NCBI GenBank assembly: GCA_023150835.1
Contig: JAKLKB010000039.1
Span: 1 to 46,101, forward strand
Direction of reading: 5' to 3'
Source of the DNA: Myxococcota bacterium
Lineage (GTDB): Bacteria; Myxococcota_C; UBA6777
DNA: 46,101 nt
The notes beneath the pieces were generated by a model. That model searched no databases. It was not told the origin of the DNA and saw nothing but the letters and a program-made list of their open reading frames with translations. The translations under genes were made by a program, and so were the position numbers. Position 1 is the first letter of the stretch. Every line of letters begins with the position of its first letter. Shown here piece by piece: positions 1 through 9,067 of the stretch.

Positions 1-140
1 AGCCCTCCCCCGTGAACAGGGGAGGGAGCGAAAGTCGGAAGCAGCGGGGATGTTGTTTTTTCGTGACGCACGCTGTATGCACGAGACGCAGACGCTGCCC
101 GTTCCAACTTCCCCCCGTTCACGGGGGGATTGAGGGGGGG
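1..140. repeat. REP-like GC palindromes (two inverted CCCCCGTGAAC-N-GGGG units)
   Basis: ccctcccccgtgaacaggggaggg at the window start, and its inverse cttccccccgttcacggggggattgagggggg at ~108-140; each unit forms a hairpin. Confidence 0.55.
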
Positions 141-237
141 AGAAAAAAAAAAGGCGATCAAGACCGACTCTACGAGGTTTCCACCTTAACAAGGCGCGTG
201 TGGGGCCGCGCCCCACAGAATCTATCCAACCGCGTCA

Positions 238-351
238 TACGATATCCGAGAGATCTGTGATCGAAGGAGAGCGCCCAAACACCCTGTGCTTGGGCAGCCA
301 CAGGGGGCTGCCCCTACCTTTTTTACGATCACACAATGGGCTGATTTCGTC
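238..351. mobile_element. MITE-like repeat family A (~112 bp) with an internal GTAG-type REP hairpin
   Basis: Ends tacgatatccg ... gatttcgt; internal gggcagccacagggggctgcccctac; homologous copies at 15365, 23825, 33272, 37218, 45007 and 45900. Confidence 0.75.
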
Positions 352-378
352 TAAGTCCTATCCCTATACAGAACAAGT

Positions 379-1284
379 CTACGGAACAAAGCAAACTTGC
401 GAGGCACAGCGCATGGACTTGGGGCAACTTGCATCGCTTCCGCCGGGGCAGGTGTACGCGCAGTATTTGAGATTGAGTCCTTGAAAGAAGGCGCAAAACG
501 AAGTGCGGTTGGGATCTTTTGCGGTGCAAGCGGTATCATCGGAGCAAGGCAGCGTGCAAAGACCTTTGTCGGCTCCTTCGGCGCGTACACACAGCAACGG
601 AGCGCGGCAAAAATCCCCTTCGGACGGAGAACACAGACTGCCAAAGTCCAAGGTTCCCGCAGTATCGGCGTAAAAAGGCAAGCAGATCTGTTGTCCTCCC
701 CCAATCGACTGGCAGCGATGCCCGGGATAGGTGCAATCTGAATCGTTCTTGCAGGCGCTTTGCATACAGTAGGTTTTGCCTTGCGCGGTCGCGGTGCAAG
801 CAAAGGCGGATTGTGGGCAGGCAGGCACATCAGCGACTCGACAAGGGCGCAAGCAAACACGCGGTCGTTCGGGTCGATACGACGCACACACCAAGCCATC
901 CGAACAAAAAGACGGGGATTTTGCAGCAAAAGGCTCGCAGCGCTCGCCTTCGATCAAGCAATCTTCGTCCACGCGGCCATCGCAATCGTCATCTTTTCCG
1001 TTGCAAACTTCGGTGGATGGGACGCAGATCGCGTCCTTGTCGCTACCGTCGGTGGTGGGGATTTGGCATCCTTGGTTGACGCAACGCTCGCCTGATACCG
1101 AACAATCGGCGTCTTGTTGACAAGGCACAAGACAACGCTGCTCTCGACAACGCAAGGGTTCGGGGCAATCTTGATCGCCAAAACACGCAAAGCCTTTGAG
1201 ATCGGGGGGCTGGAAGAAACAGGCCGTTTTCAAGGAAAGGAAACACAACAACAAAAGTCCACAAAAGCCGACAGAGCGAAGCAA
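379..1284 (-). CDS. Cys-rich lipoprotein with a MopE-type putative metal-binding repeat
   Basis: Signal peptide with lipobox-like LKTA-C; EVCNGKDDDCDGRVDE motif; several CxxDxDC modules. Confidence 0.75.
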   Translation of the reverse strand: MLRSVGFCGLLLLCFLSLKTACFFQPPDLKGFACFGDQDCPEPLRCREQRCLVPCQQDADCSVSGERCVNQGCQIPTTDGSDKDAICVPSTEVCNGKDDDCDGRVDEDCLIEGERCEPFAAKSPSFCSDGLVCASYRPERPRVCLRPCRVADVPACPQSAFACTATAQGKTYCMQSACKNDSDCTYPGHRCQSIGGGQQICLPFYADTAGTLDFGSLCSPSEGDFCRAPLLCVRAEGADKGLCTLPCSDDTACTAKDPNRTSFCAFFQGLNLKYCAYTCPGGSDASCPKSMRCASQVCFVP

Positions 1285-2193
1285 TTAGCCAACCTCATAA
1301 AGACGAAATGGACGGATCATCGGGCGTTGCGGAGTGCTTTCTTTTTCTTTTGCGCGCTTTAAGGCTTCAAAGCGGCGGATCGAAAGATCAAGATATTCTT
1401 TTTTGAGGTCGAAGCCGACGTACGACCGACCGTAGGCCCACGCCATCAGTCCAGCGGTCGAACTGCCTGCAAAAGGATCGACCACCAGATGGCCTTTTCG
1501 AGTGCTTGACAACACCACGCGCTCCAACAACTGTTCGGGTTTTTGGGTGGGGTGTTTGCCGTGAAATTTTTCGTGACCACGAGCCGAACCGATCGACCAG
1601 ACAGAGCGCATCTGTTTGCCGGGCTTTTTCAAGAAGTCTTGTTCGCTCCACGATCCATTTTTCATCATATCGTAATCGAAGGTGTGTTTGGCGCGGGGAT
1701 CTTTAAGCGCCCACAACAGCGTCTCGTGACTGGCGGTAAAATAACGGCAGCTCAGGTTGGGGGAGGCGTTGGGTTTAAACCAACAGATATCGTTGAGCAT
1801 CTTAAACCCTTCGAGTTGAAGGGCATAACCACAAGCATAAATCGAATGGTACGAGCCGCTGATCCAGATCGTCCCTTCGGGCTTGAGGACGTGTCGGCAA
1901 AGTTGGATCCAGTTTCGATGAAAAGCGAAGTCTGCTTCGGCTCCGTTGCTACGGTCCCATTCGCCTTTGTTGACACTTGCGCGCCGCCCGCCTTGGCAAG
2001 TAAACCCCCCGTTGGAAAGGTTGTAGGGTGGATCGGCAAACACCATATCCACGGTGTTTTCGGGGAGCGCTCGAAGGAATTCGAGCGAGTCCCCGTGATA
2101 CAACACAAAACGCTCGCTTTCATAATAAGGCTGAACGCCTTCGATCCTGATCATCTTTGCACCCGCCATCAGCGATGTATCCACAAACGACAC
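1285..2193 (-). CDS. beta-class N6-adenine DNA methyltransferase, DpnA (M2.DpnII)-like, probably GATC-specific
   Basis: DMVFADPPYNLSNGG (motif IV) precedes DPFAGS (motif I); PNLSCRYFT and GKHPTQKPE segments as in DpnA; true start may be ATG 2169 or 2154. Confidence 0.88.
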   Translation of the reverse strand: MSFVDTSLMAGAKMIRIEGVQPYYESERFVLYHGDSLEFLRALPENTVDMVFADPPYNLSNGGFTCQGGRRASVNKGEWDRSNGAEADFAFHRNWIQLCRHVLKPEGTIWISGSYHSIYACGYALQLEGFKMLNDICWFKPNASPNLSCRYFTASHETLLWALKDPRAKHTFDYDMMKNGSWSEQDFLKKPGKQMRSVWSIGSARGHEKFHGKHPTQKPEQLLERVVLSSTRKGHLVVDPFAGSSTAGLMAWAYGRSYVGFDLKKEYLDLSIRRFEALKRAKEKESTPQRPMIRPFRLYEVG

Positions 2194-2814
2194 GCATTCT
2201 CAAGAGAGAAGCCCCCACAGAAGGCTGCACCCCACGGAAGATTCGGCATATCGCAGACAAAGCCCTTTGGGAGGGCCACCGAACCTTGCTTGAACCTTCG
2301 GACAACCCTTGACGCGAGAACTTTTCCACGCAGCTTTTTGTATGCTGAAAGGTTCAGATCCGTTTGTCAACAACAAAATGCACCTTGTATGCTGAGAGAT
2401 CGCTGGATCCAAACAAAAAAGAGGCGGATACTTGAACGATTTTGTTTGGCAGACCGCCAAAAAGCGAGACAAAACACAGCACCATAGGTCTTTCACACAG
2501 AAAGCTTGAGGGTGGCATGAGAGACCGCGCCAAAAATCTTGCACAACGCCACGTACTCAGGCGACAAGCTTTTTCACGACAGGCCGCTCAACGTTGTCGA
2601 GATCACCCAAATCACCGAAACAACGGCTCGCTAAGAATATGCCTTCATTCAAATCAACGATTCGCATCAAGGATCAACTCCCTTGCCAAAGGCTTTCTAC
2701 CCCCCCCCACTCCCCAAAGACCAAGGCATCGGCTTTTTGACTCGCCCGCCCGTAGCAAAATGGCTTGCGCAAGTCATTTTGCCCCTGCGTTCGGGACGCA
2801 CAAACACCTTGTGG

Positions 2815-3729
2815 ATGGTTGCGTTGTGGGCGCTGTTGTGGGGTTGTACGATCCCGACCTTGCCACCCGATCCGCTGCTTTGCCAACAAGACGATGACTG
2901 TAACGTCGGGCAGTTGTGCCAACAAGGACAGTGTGTCGTGTTTTTTCGAGAGCGCTCCCCTTCGGACGCCAGCCACACCGAACCAGTCGCCGATATCCCG
3001 CCTGCTTGCCTTGATGGTCAAACCAAGCCTTGTTCCCAAGATGGCGCATGTTCGGGCGGTGTCTCGATCTGCAAACAGGGTCGATGGGAACCTTGCCGCC
3101 CCGCCCAACCCACTCCCGAACTTTGCAACGGCAAAGACGACGATTGCGACGGCCAGATCGACAACAACCTGCGTCCACCGCTGTGCAACCTCCAAAAAGG
3201 CGTCTGCGCAGGAAGCGCCCAAGTCTGCGGCGGAAGCAAAGGATGGTTGGATTGCGATCTATCCCGATACAACGCACACAACAGCGATTACCAAGCCACC
3301 GAAGAAAGCTGCGACGGCAAAGACAACGATTGCGATGGCATCGTCGATCCTGCGTGGCTGTGTGGCTGCAAAGCAGGTGATCGCCGCGCTTGTTACAACG
3401 GACCCGGCAAGAGCCGAGATCTCGGTTCCTGTCGGGCAGGTTATCAACTCTGTCAAGACGGCCAATGGGGTCCATGCCAAGAAGAACGACTACCGAGCCG
3501 CGAAGTCTGCGACGGCAAAGACAACAATTGTGACGGTCGCATCGACGAAACCGACCCCAATCTCGACCAGCCTTGTGTTATCCCCAAAGCCAACGGACCC
3601 TGCCAACAAGGCACGATGCGTTGTCGTGATGGCGTGCTTCTGTGCCAAGTCGCCTACATCGCCCGCCCCGAGATCTGCAACGGCAAAGACGACGATTGCA
3701 ACGGCAAGATCGACGAAGGATGCCGCTAA
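2815..3729 (+). CDS. Cys-rich lipoprotein with four MopE-type repeats
   Basis: MVALWALLWG-C lipobox; ELCNGKDDDCDG, ESCDGKDNDCDG, EVCDGKDNNCDG, EICNGKDDDCNG; ORF is open from 2683. Confidence 0.8.
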   Translation: MVALWALLWGCTIPTLPPDPLLCQQDDDCNVGQLCQQGQCVVFFRERSPSDASHTEPVADIPPACLDGQTKPCSQDGACSGGVSICKQGRWEPCRPAQPTPELCNGKDDDCDGQIDNNLRPPLCNLQKGVCAGSAQVCGGSKGWLDCDLSRYNAHNSDYQATEESCDGKDNDCDGIVDPAWLCGCKAGDRRACYNGPGKSRDLGSCRAGYQLCQDGQWGPCQEERLPSREVCDGKDNNCDGRIDETDPNLDQPCVIPKANGPCQQGTMRCRDGVLLCQVAYIARPEICNGKDDDCNGKIDEGCR

Positions 3730-3904
3730 CTTGACTGCGTGGCGAAGATGAGTATGTTCTCTTGCCTTCTGAGCATACACGGCACATATCGCCTATCCTC
3801 ACGCTCAGCCAAACCCAAAAGGACGTATCCTCCGCCCTTTCCAAAGCCCCAAAAGCTAGACGCTCTCTGGCCGAAATGCGCCAGCACAAGGAGACCTCAA
3901 TACA

Positions 3905-5008
3905 ATGAGCGCAGAGATCCAAAAGGTGCTTGAGGCCCTTGCCCAAGTCGCCGACCCCGTCATGCACATCCCTCTCACCAGCCTTGAGATGATCCGCGAT
4001 ATCCAAGTCCAAAACAAACAAGTGTCCCTCACCGTCGAACTCACCACCTCTTCCTATCCGCATCGTCAAAAAGTCCAGCAACAGATCGAATCGATCCTCC
4101 AAGGACTTGGCTACACCTGCCACCTCCACATCATCGAAAAGAGCAACGCCCAAAGCAGCAGCCCCGCAGGCAAAAAACACAGCCTCGCCAAACCCGCCCA
4201 GAACACCCAAGAAGCCCAAGCAGCAGAGCAGATGCCGCTAAGCAATATCAAGCACATCATCTTGGTGGCCTCAGGAAAAGGCGGCGTTGGCAAATCAACG
4301 GTTGCCGTCAACTTGGCCGCGTCTCTCGCGCTCTCAGGTGCGAGCGTCGGTTTGTTGGATGCCGATATCTACGGTCCTTCCGTCCCGATCATGCTTGGAC
4401 TCGACGGCAAAGGCCAGCCCGAGATGATCAAAGAAGGCGAAGAACAGCGCATCATCCCGATGCACGCCCACGGCATCGAAGCCATCTCGATGGGATTCTT
4501 TGTGCCTCCCGATGTAGCGATGGCTTGGCGTGGACCGATGGTGCATAGCGCGCTGCTTCAGTTTATGCGCGAAGTGGCTTGGAGTGATCTCGATTATATG
4601 GTCATGGATCTTCCCCCCGGCACAGGCGATATCCAGATGACACTTGCCCAACGTGTCAAAGTCTCGGGATCCGTCGTCGTCACCACGCCCCAACTTGTCG
4701 CTCTTGCCGATGTGATCCGCGCCAAAGCTTTCTTTGACAAACTGCGTGTCCCCATCCTCGGGGTCGTAGAAAATATGAGCTACTTTGTGGGCGATGATGG
4801 CAAAAAATACGATATCTTTGGTAGTGGCGGTGGTGCCCATGCTGCCGAGCGTTTTGAACTCCCCCTGCTTGCCGAGATACCTCTCGCTCCCGAAGTCCGC
4901 ATCCAATCCGACGATGGTACACCTGTTGTGATATCCCACCCCAACCACCCGGTCTCGAAAGCCTTTATGGGACTTGCCCAAAAAGTCCGTGAGATGTGTC
5001 CTCTCTAA
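3905..5008 (+). CDS. mrp: Mrp/NBP35 (ApbC) Fe-S cluster carrier ATPase
   Basis: Deviant Walker A SGKGGVGKST; LLDADIYGPS; WRGPM; DLPPGTGD; VTTPQ; ENMS; N-terminal FeS_assembly_P-like domain; AGGAG RBS. Confidence 0.93.
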   Translation: MSAEIQKVLEALAQVADPVMHIPLTSLEMIRDIQVQNKQVSLTVELTTSSYPHRQKVQQQIESILQGLGYTCHLHIIEKSNAQSSSPAGKKHSLAKPAQNTQEAQAAEQMPLSNIKHIILVASGKGGVGKSTVAVNLAASLALSGASVGLLDADIYGPSVPIMLGLDGKGQPEMIKEGEEQRIIPMHAHGIEAISMGFFVPPDVAMAWRGPMVHSALLQFMREVAWSDLDYMVMDLPPGTGDIQMTLAQRVKVSGSVVVTTPQLVALADVIRAKAFFDKLRVPILGVVENMSYFVGDDGKKYDIFGSGGGAHAAERFELPLLAEIPLAPEVRIQSDDGTPVVISHPNHPVSKAFMGLAQKVREMCPL

Positions 5009-7179
5009 GGTTTTTTCTGTCGCTCCGAGCGCCGCATCGCCTTGCGTAACAAACGCGGCATCTTGCTCATCACATCCGACGAAGCCACATAACCCGCCGC
5101 CCCCACCTCCAGCGCCTTGTTCATCAGCATAAAATCCCCGTCCTCTCCGACAAGAAAGATCGGCGAAGAATGCCCTTGCTGTTGGAACAACCCCATCACA
5201 TCCTCCCATCTCGCACCAAACGGTGGGCGAAGATCGACCACCAGCGGGCAAGATCGACCCTCCTGCAAAGCTGCCGCCAGATCAGACCACTTGGAAAAGC
5301 GCGTGGTGCGATACCCGTTGGCGCTCAGGCTCGCCAAGATCGAGTGAGATGGATCGGTCTGCGTTCCCGATTCGACCACCCAGATCATCTCATCACGCAA
5401 CGGATCTTCCGCAACTTCGCTGCGCGCAGGCAAAGCAGGGATCCCCACCGCTGCCGCACGCGATGCCCGATCCGCTTGCTCCAAAAAACGCTTCACTTCG
5501 TCGTTGCTTTGGGCTTGTTTGGCCGATCGCAAAGCGGTCAAAAATTGTTGCGTATCTTTGGGCCGCTGGTTGGGATCTTTGGACATCGACTGCAACGCCA
5601 ACTTCTCTAAGGCTGCGTTGATCGGCTTTTCTTTGTAGCGCACCGAAGGAGGTGTCGGCTCCACGAACATCTGTTGCATCAACACGGCCATGATGTTGTC
5701 GCCCGAAAAAGGCAACTCGCCGCACAACAACTCGTACAAAAGAACCCCCAGCGCGTAGATATCGCTGCGCGCATCGATATCCATCTGGCCTCGGCATTGT
5801 TCGGGTGACATATAATACGGTGTCCCCATTGTCACACCCTCGACCGTCAAGCGCTCTTCCACCGACGTCCCCACCAAAACCGCCAAACCAAAATCCACCA
5901 CCTTGACGATCTCTTTGCCGTCACGATCCTTCAAGATCATCACGTTCTCAGGTTTGAGATCCCGATGGATTAAGCCCGCTCCATGCGCAGAGATCAACAC
6001 ATCGCAGACTTGGCCCAAGATCCCAACGATACGTTCTTCGGAAAGCGGAAATTCGTGCTTGATCAGATCCTCCAAGGAACGCCCTTGTAGGTACTCCATC
6101 GCGATATACGAACGCCCCTCCCATTCGCCATAATCGTACACCATCACCGCGTTCGGATGCACAAAGCGCGTCATCGACCGCGCCTCTCGCTCAAACCGCT
6201 GTTTGCGATCCGCTTGTCGCATCAACTCATCGTGCAACAGCTTGATCGCCACCGATCGCCCCAAGCCCAACTGCTCGGCCAGATACACCTTCCCCATCCC
6301 ACCCCGCCCCAGCAACGAACGCAAGACAAAACGGCCATTCACGATCTGCCCCGCCAACGGATCTTTTGGAACGATCGGCTTGGTCGCCAAAAAAAGCTCC
6401 AGATCCGCATTCACGGGATGCGAAAGCGCCTGTCCTGCGGGTGGCTTGCTTTGATTGGAAGGTTTCGCCCCTGTCGCAGATGCGGAGGGAGTCGACGAAG
6501 GCGGCATCACCGCAGGAAGAGAAGCTCCCGAAGGCGCTTCCATCGTTCCTGCCGCGATCAGTGATGCTTTTGAAGCTGTCCACTCCACAAACTCCCCTGA
6601 CGGCGGCATCACCGCATCCCCCCCAAAAAGCATCGCGTCGGTTGGATGGCCGTCTGCGATATTCAATGCCCCTGTTTGGTTCAAGGCTTCGGGAGTATAG
6701 TACTTTTCTGGCGATGCGTCAGGAAAATCCTCTTGCGCGATGCGGCGTCCCAAGACCGCCGGAGTATCGGAGACCAAGACCCCCGATATCGGAGGCGTCA
6801 GATCCATCGTGTTGATCAGCGTCCGTTGCGGGGCCTTGTTACGGATGACAGGGGTTTCGGAAACCAAGACCCCTGATATCGGAGGCGTCAGATCCATCGT
6901 GTTGATCAGCGTCTTTTGTGGGGCTTTGGGTGACGCTGTCGCTTTTCCTGTACCATCGGCCTCCTGCGCTTTCCCTTGTGGCAAAGAAGAGGCCGCAGCG
7001 GCAGAGTCGGTCTTGTTCTGCGATGCCGCAGCGACACCAACATTGTTCTCCAATGCAGCGGAAGAAGCGTCTTTTTGGACAGCATCGAAAGTCATCGTGT
7101 GCGTGAATGGCTTTCGATGCAAAGGCGTGGGTTGTCCTGCTGTATCCGCCTTTTTACCCCGATTTCCTTGATCAGTCAC
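5005..7179 (-). CDS. Cytoplasmic Hanks-type Ser/Thr kinase with a disordered N-terminus and a C-terminal receiver-like domain
   Basis: GRGGMGKVY, VAIK, HRDLKPEN, DFG, GTPYYMSPEQ, DIYALG; C-terminus has alpha/beta REC pattern (LVVDL, PIFLV, KALEVGAAGYV); GTG start at 7179 after GGAGG. Confidence 0.92.
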   Translation of the reverse strand: MTDQGNRGKKADTAGQPTPLHRKPFTHTMTFDAVQKDASSAALENNVGVAAASQNKTDSAAAASSLPQGKAQEADGTGKATASPKAPQKTLINTMDLTPPISGVLVSETPVIRNKAPQRTLINTMDLTPPISGVLVSDTPAVLGRRIAQEDFPDASPEKYYTPEALNQTGALNIADGHPTDAMLFGGDAVMPPSGEFVEWTASKASLIAAGTMEAPSGASLPAVMPPSSTPSASATGAKPSNQSKPPAGQALSHPVNADLELFLATKPIVPKDPLAGQIVNGRFVLRSLLGRGGMGKVYLAEQLGLGRSVAIKLLHDELMRQADRKQRFEREARSMTRFVHPNAVMVYDYGEWEGRSYIAMEYLQGRSLEDLIKHEFPLSEERIVGILGQVCDVLISAHGAGLIHRDLKPENVMILKDRDGKEIVKVVDFGLAVLVGTSVEERLTVEGVTMGTPYYMSPEQCRGQMDIDARSDIYALGVLLYELLCGELPFSGDNIMAVLMQQMFVEPTPPSVRYKEKPINAALEKLALQSMSKDPNQRPKDTQQFLTALRSAKQAQSNDEVKRFLEQADRASRAAAVGIPALPARSEVAEDPLRDEMIWVVESGTQTDPSHSILASLSANGYRTTRFSKWSDLAAALQEGRSCPLVVDLRPPFGARWEDVMGLFQQQGHSSPIFLVGEDGDFMLMNKALEVGAAGYVASSDVMSKMPRLLRKAMRRSERQKKP
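6767..6926 (-). repeat. 90-bp intragenic tandem duplication (30-aa repeat KAPQxTLINTMDLTPPISGVLVSxTP)
   Basis: accaagacccc(c/t)gatatcggaggcgtcagatccatcgtgttgatcagcgtc occurs twice, 90 bp apart. Confidence 0.9.
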
Positions 7180-7235
7180 CGCGTGCCTCCACACAAAAAA
7201 TTGTCAGCCACCGCGTGCCTCCACACAAAAAATTG
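7172..7235 (-). repeat. 32-bp tandem duplication containing the kinase RBS and start codon
   Basis: tcag(t/c)caccgcgtgcctccacacaaaaaattg at 7172-7203 and 7204-7235. Confidence 0.9.
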
Positions 7236-7239
7236 GCGG

Positions 7240-9036
7240 CTATTCAAGCAGCGTAAATACTTCGATCCCTTCGACTCGACCAACGATCGAATGTTCTCCC
7301 AGCGAACTCACATCGAAGACCGCCCCGACAGCTTCGGCGGTTTCTTGTGTCATCAAGATCTGGCCGGGACGCGCCAAGGTTTCAAGGCGCGCTGCGATGT
7401 TCACGGTATCACCGATCACGGTGTACTCCATGCGCTTTTGCGATCCGATATTTCCCGCCAACGCCTCACCTGTGCTAATCCCGATCCCCATCTGCAACTC
7501 AACACCAAACTCGCTACGCCAACGGGCATTTCCAGACTCCAACCACTGCAACATCTCTTCTGCCGCAGAGACCGCAGAGATCGCATCATCACCTTTTGAA
7601 TATGGCGCACCAAAGACCGCCATCACGCAGTCTCCCAAAAATTTGTCCACCGTCCCACCATACCGAAAAATAATCTCCGTCATGATCGTAAAGACTTCAT
7701 TCAACAACGCAACGACTTTCTCGGGCGGCTGCTTTTCTGCAAGCGGCGTAAACGCAACAATATCCGCAAACATCACCGTGATCAGCTTGCGCTCGCCGCC
7801 CAGTCGCAGGTCCATCTCTCCTTTGACGATGCCTTCGACAAGATCCGCGCTGAGATAACGGCTGAGATCATGGCGGATCTCCGCCTCTTTGATCACTTGT
7901 TCCCGATATGACGAGAGATCCCCCGCCATCTTGTTAAAGGAACGCGCCATCTCGCCCACTTCGTCGCGTGTCATCACCTCCGCAGGGATGCGTACTTCAA
8001 AGTCTCCACCTGCCACCTTCTCTGCCGCCGAAGCCACCGCAAGAACAGGCCGCGCAAGTCGATATCCCAACAACATCCCAAACACCAGCGCCACAAAAAC
8101 CCCCACCACCAACGCCAGCCAAGTCGTGCGCGTCAGCTTGTAAAGAACCGAAAAGGCCCGTTCTTCAGGCTGTAAGACCACAACTCCCCAACCATACGCA
8201 GGCATCGGACGCACAAAGCTCAGATACACTCGGCCTGCTCGCTGATATCGCTTTCCGAATGGAGTGTCCCGATCAAAGGTGATGCCTTCCAAAAACAACG
8301 CTCTATCCGCCATCTGACCGCGCATCGCCTCACGCGCATGAGCCAAGATCCGCAACCCCGCATCCACCAAAAACACTTCCACACTTTCACCCATCTCTTG
8401 CCCAAAACGCCGCAGATCCCGATACACCGCATCCAAGGGCATCACAGACCACAAGTAAGCGTAGATCGCCTTGGTTTCGGGCCGCACAAGCGCAACCACC
8501 ATCGGAAGATACACCTCGCGCCCGCGCCAGATCACAGGAAGATACCGACAATGCGACGGCGACGCTCGCTCCAACAACACGGGAGACAAAGAACGAGGAA
8601 CCTCCCCTACAAAGATCGACTGCTTGCGCGCTTCGACCAAGAGGCCCTTCGGATTGTAGATCCCCAAAGCATACAGCGCATGGGCCTCACGAAACCCCAC
8701 CTCCAACGCTTGCTTCCGATGCAGCCGAAAGATCCGCTGACGCAACGGCACCACCGACGCCGACGACTCGACCGTTTCTTGGAGCACTTTTTCGATCTCT
8801 TGCTGCTGCGCCACACGCGGGACCAAGACGCGACCCACCCCCAAAAGCTCCGCACAAGCCTCACGGCTGCGTTGAAGACCCACTGACACCGCATAGTTCG
8901 CGGCCATCACCCGATGCTCTCGCGCTTGTGCAGCCAAACCACGCTCCTGCTGCACATACACAAAACCCGCCAACCCCACCAACAGCAACGAAGACAGCAG
9001 CAACATCACCAACGCGAGTTTTGAACGCAAGCGCAT
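7240..9036 (-). CDS. Membrane class III adenylate cyclase (TM - Cache-like - TM - HAMP - cyclase)
   Basis: Two TM helices; HAMP (RDEVGEMARSFNKM); FADIVAFT, DKFLGDCVM, EYTVIGDTVNIAARLE with ATP-specifying K and T; AAGGAG RBS before ATG 9036. Confidence 0.92.
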   Translation of the reverse strand: MRLRSKLALVMLLLSSLLLVGLAGFVYVQQERGLAAQAREHRVMAANYAVSVGLQRSREACAELLGVGRVLVPRVAQQQEIEKVLQETVESSASVVPLRQRIFRLHRKQALEVGFREAHALYALGIYNPKGLLVEARKQSIFVGEVPRSLSPVLLERASPSHCRYLPVIWRGREVYLPMVVALVRPETKAIYAYLWSVMPLDAVYRDLRRFGQEMGESVEVFLVDAGLRILAHAREAMRGQMADRALFLEGITFDRDTPFGKRYQRAGRVYLSFVRPMPAYGWGVVVLQPEERAFSVLYKLTRTTWLALVVGVFVALVFGMLLGYRLARPVLAVASAAEKVAGGDFEVRIPAEVMTRDEVGEMARSFNKMAGDLSSYREQVIKEAEIRHDLSRYLSADLVEGIVKGEMDLRLGGERKLITVMFADIVAFTPLAEKQPPEKVVALLNEVFTIMTEIIFRYGGTVDKFLGDCVMAVFGAPYSKGDDAISAVSAAEEMLQWLESGNARWRSEFGVELQMGIGISTGEALAGNIGSQKRMEYTVIGDTVNIAARLETLARPGQILMTQETAEAVGAVFDVSSLGEHSIVGRVEGIEVFTLLE

Positions 9037-9067
9037 CGCGCTCTCCTTTTTCTTGTTCCTCGAAACG

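Noticed and set aside
1285-3729. Complete DpnII-type restriction-modification system
   Set aside because: Neighbours are Cys-rich lipoproteins; no endonuclease or second methyltransferase is in the window.
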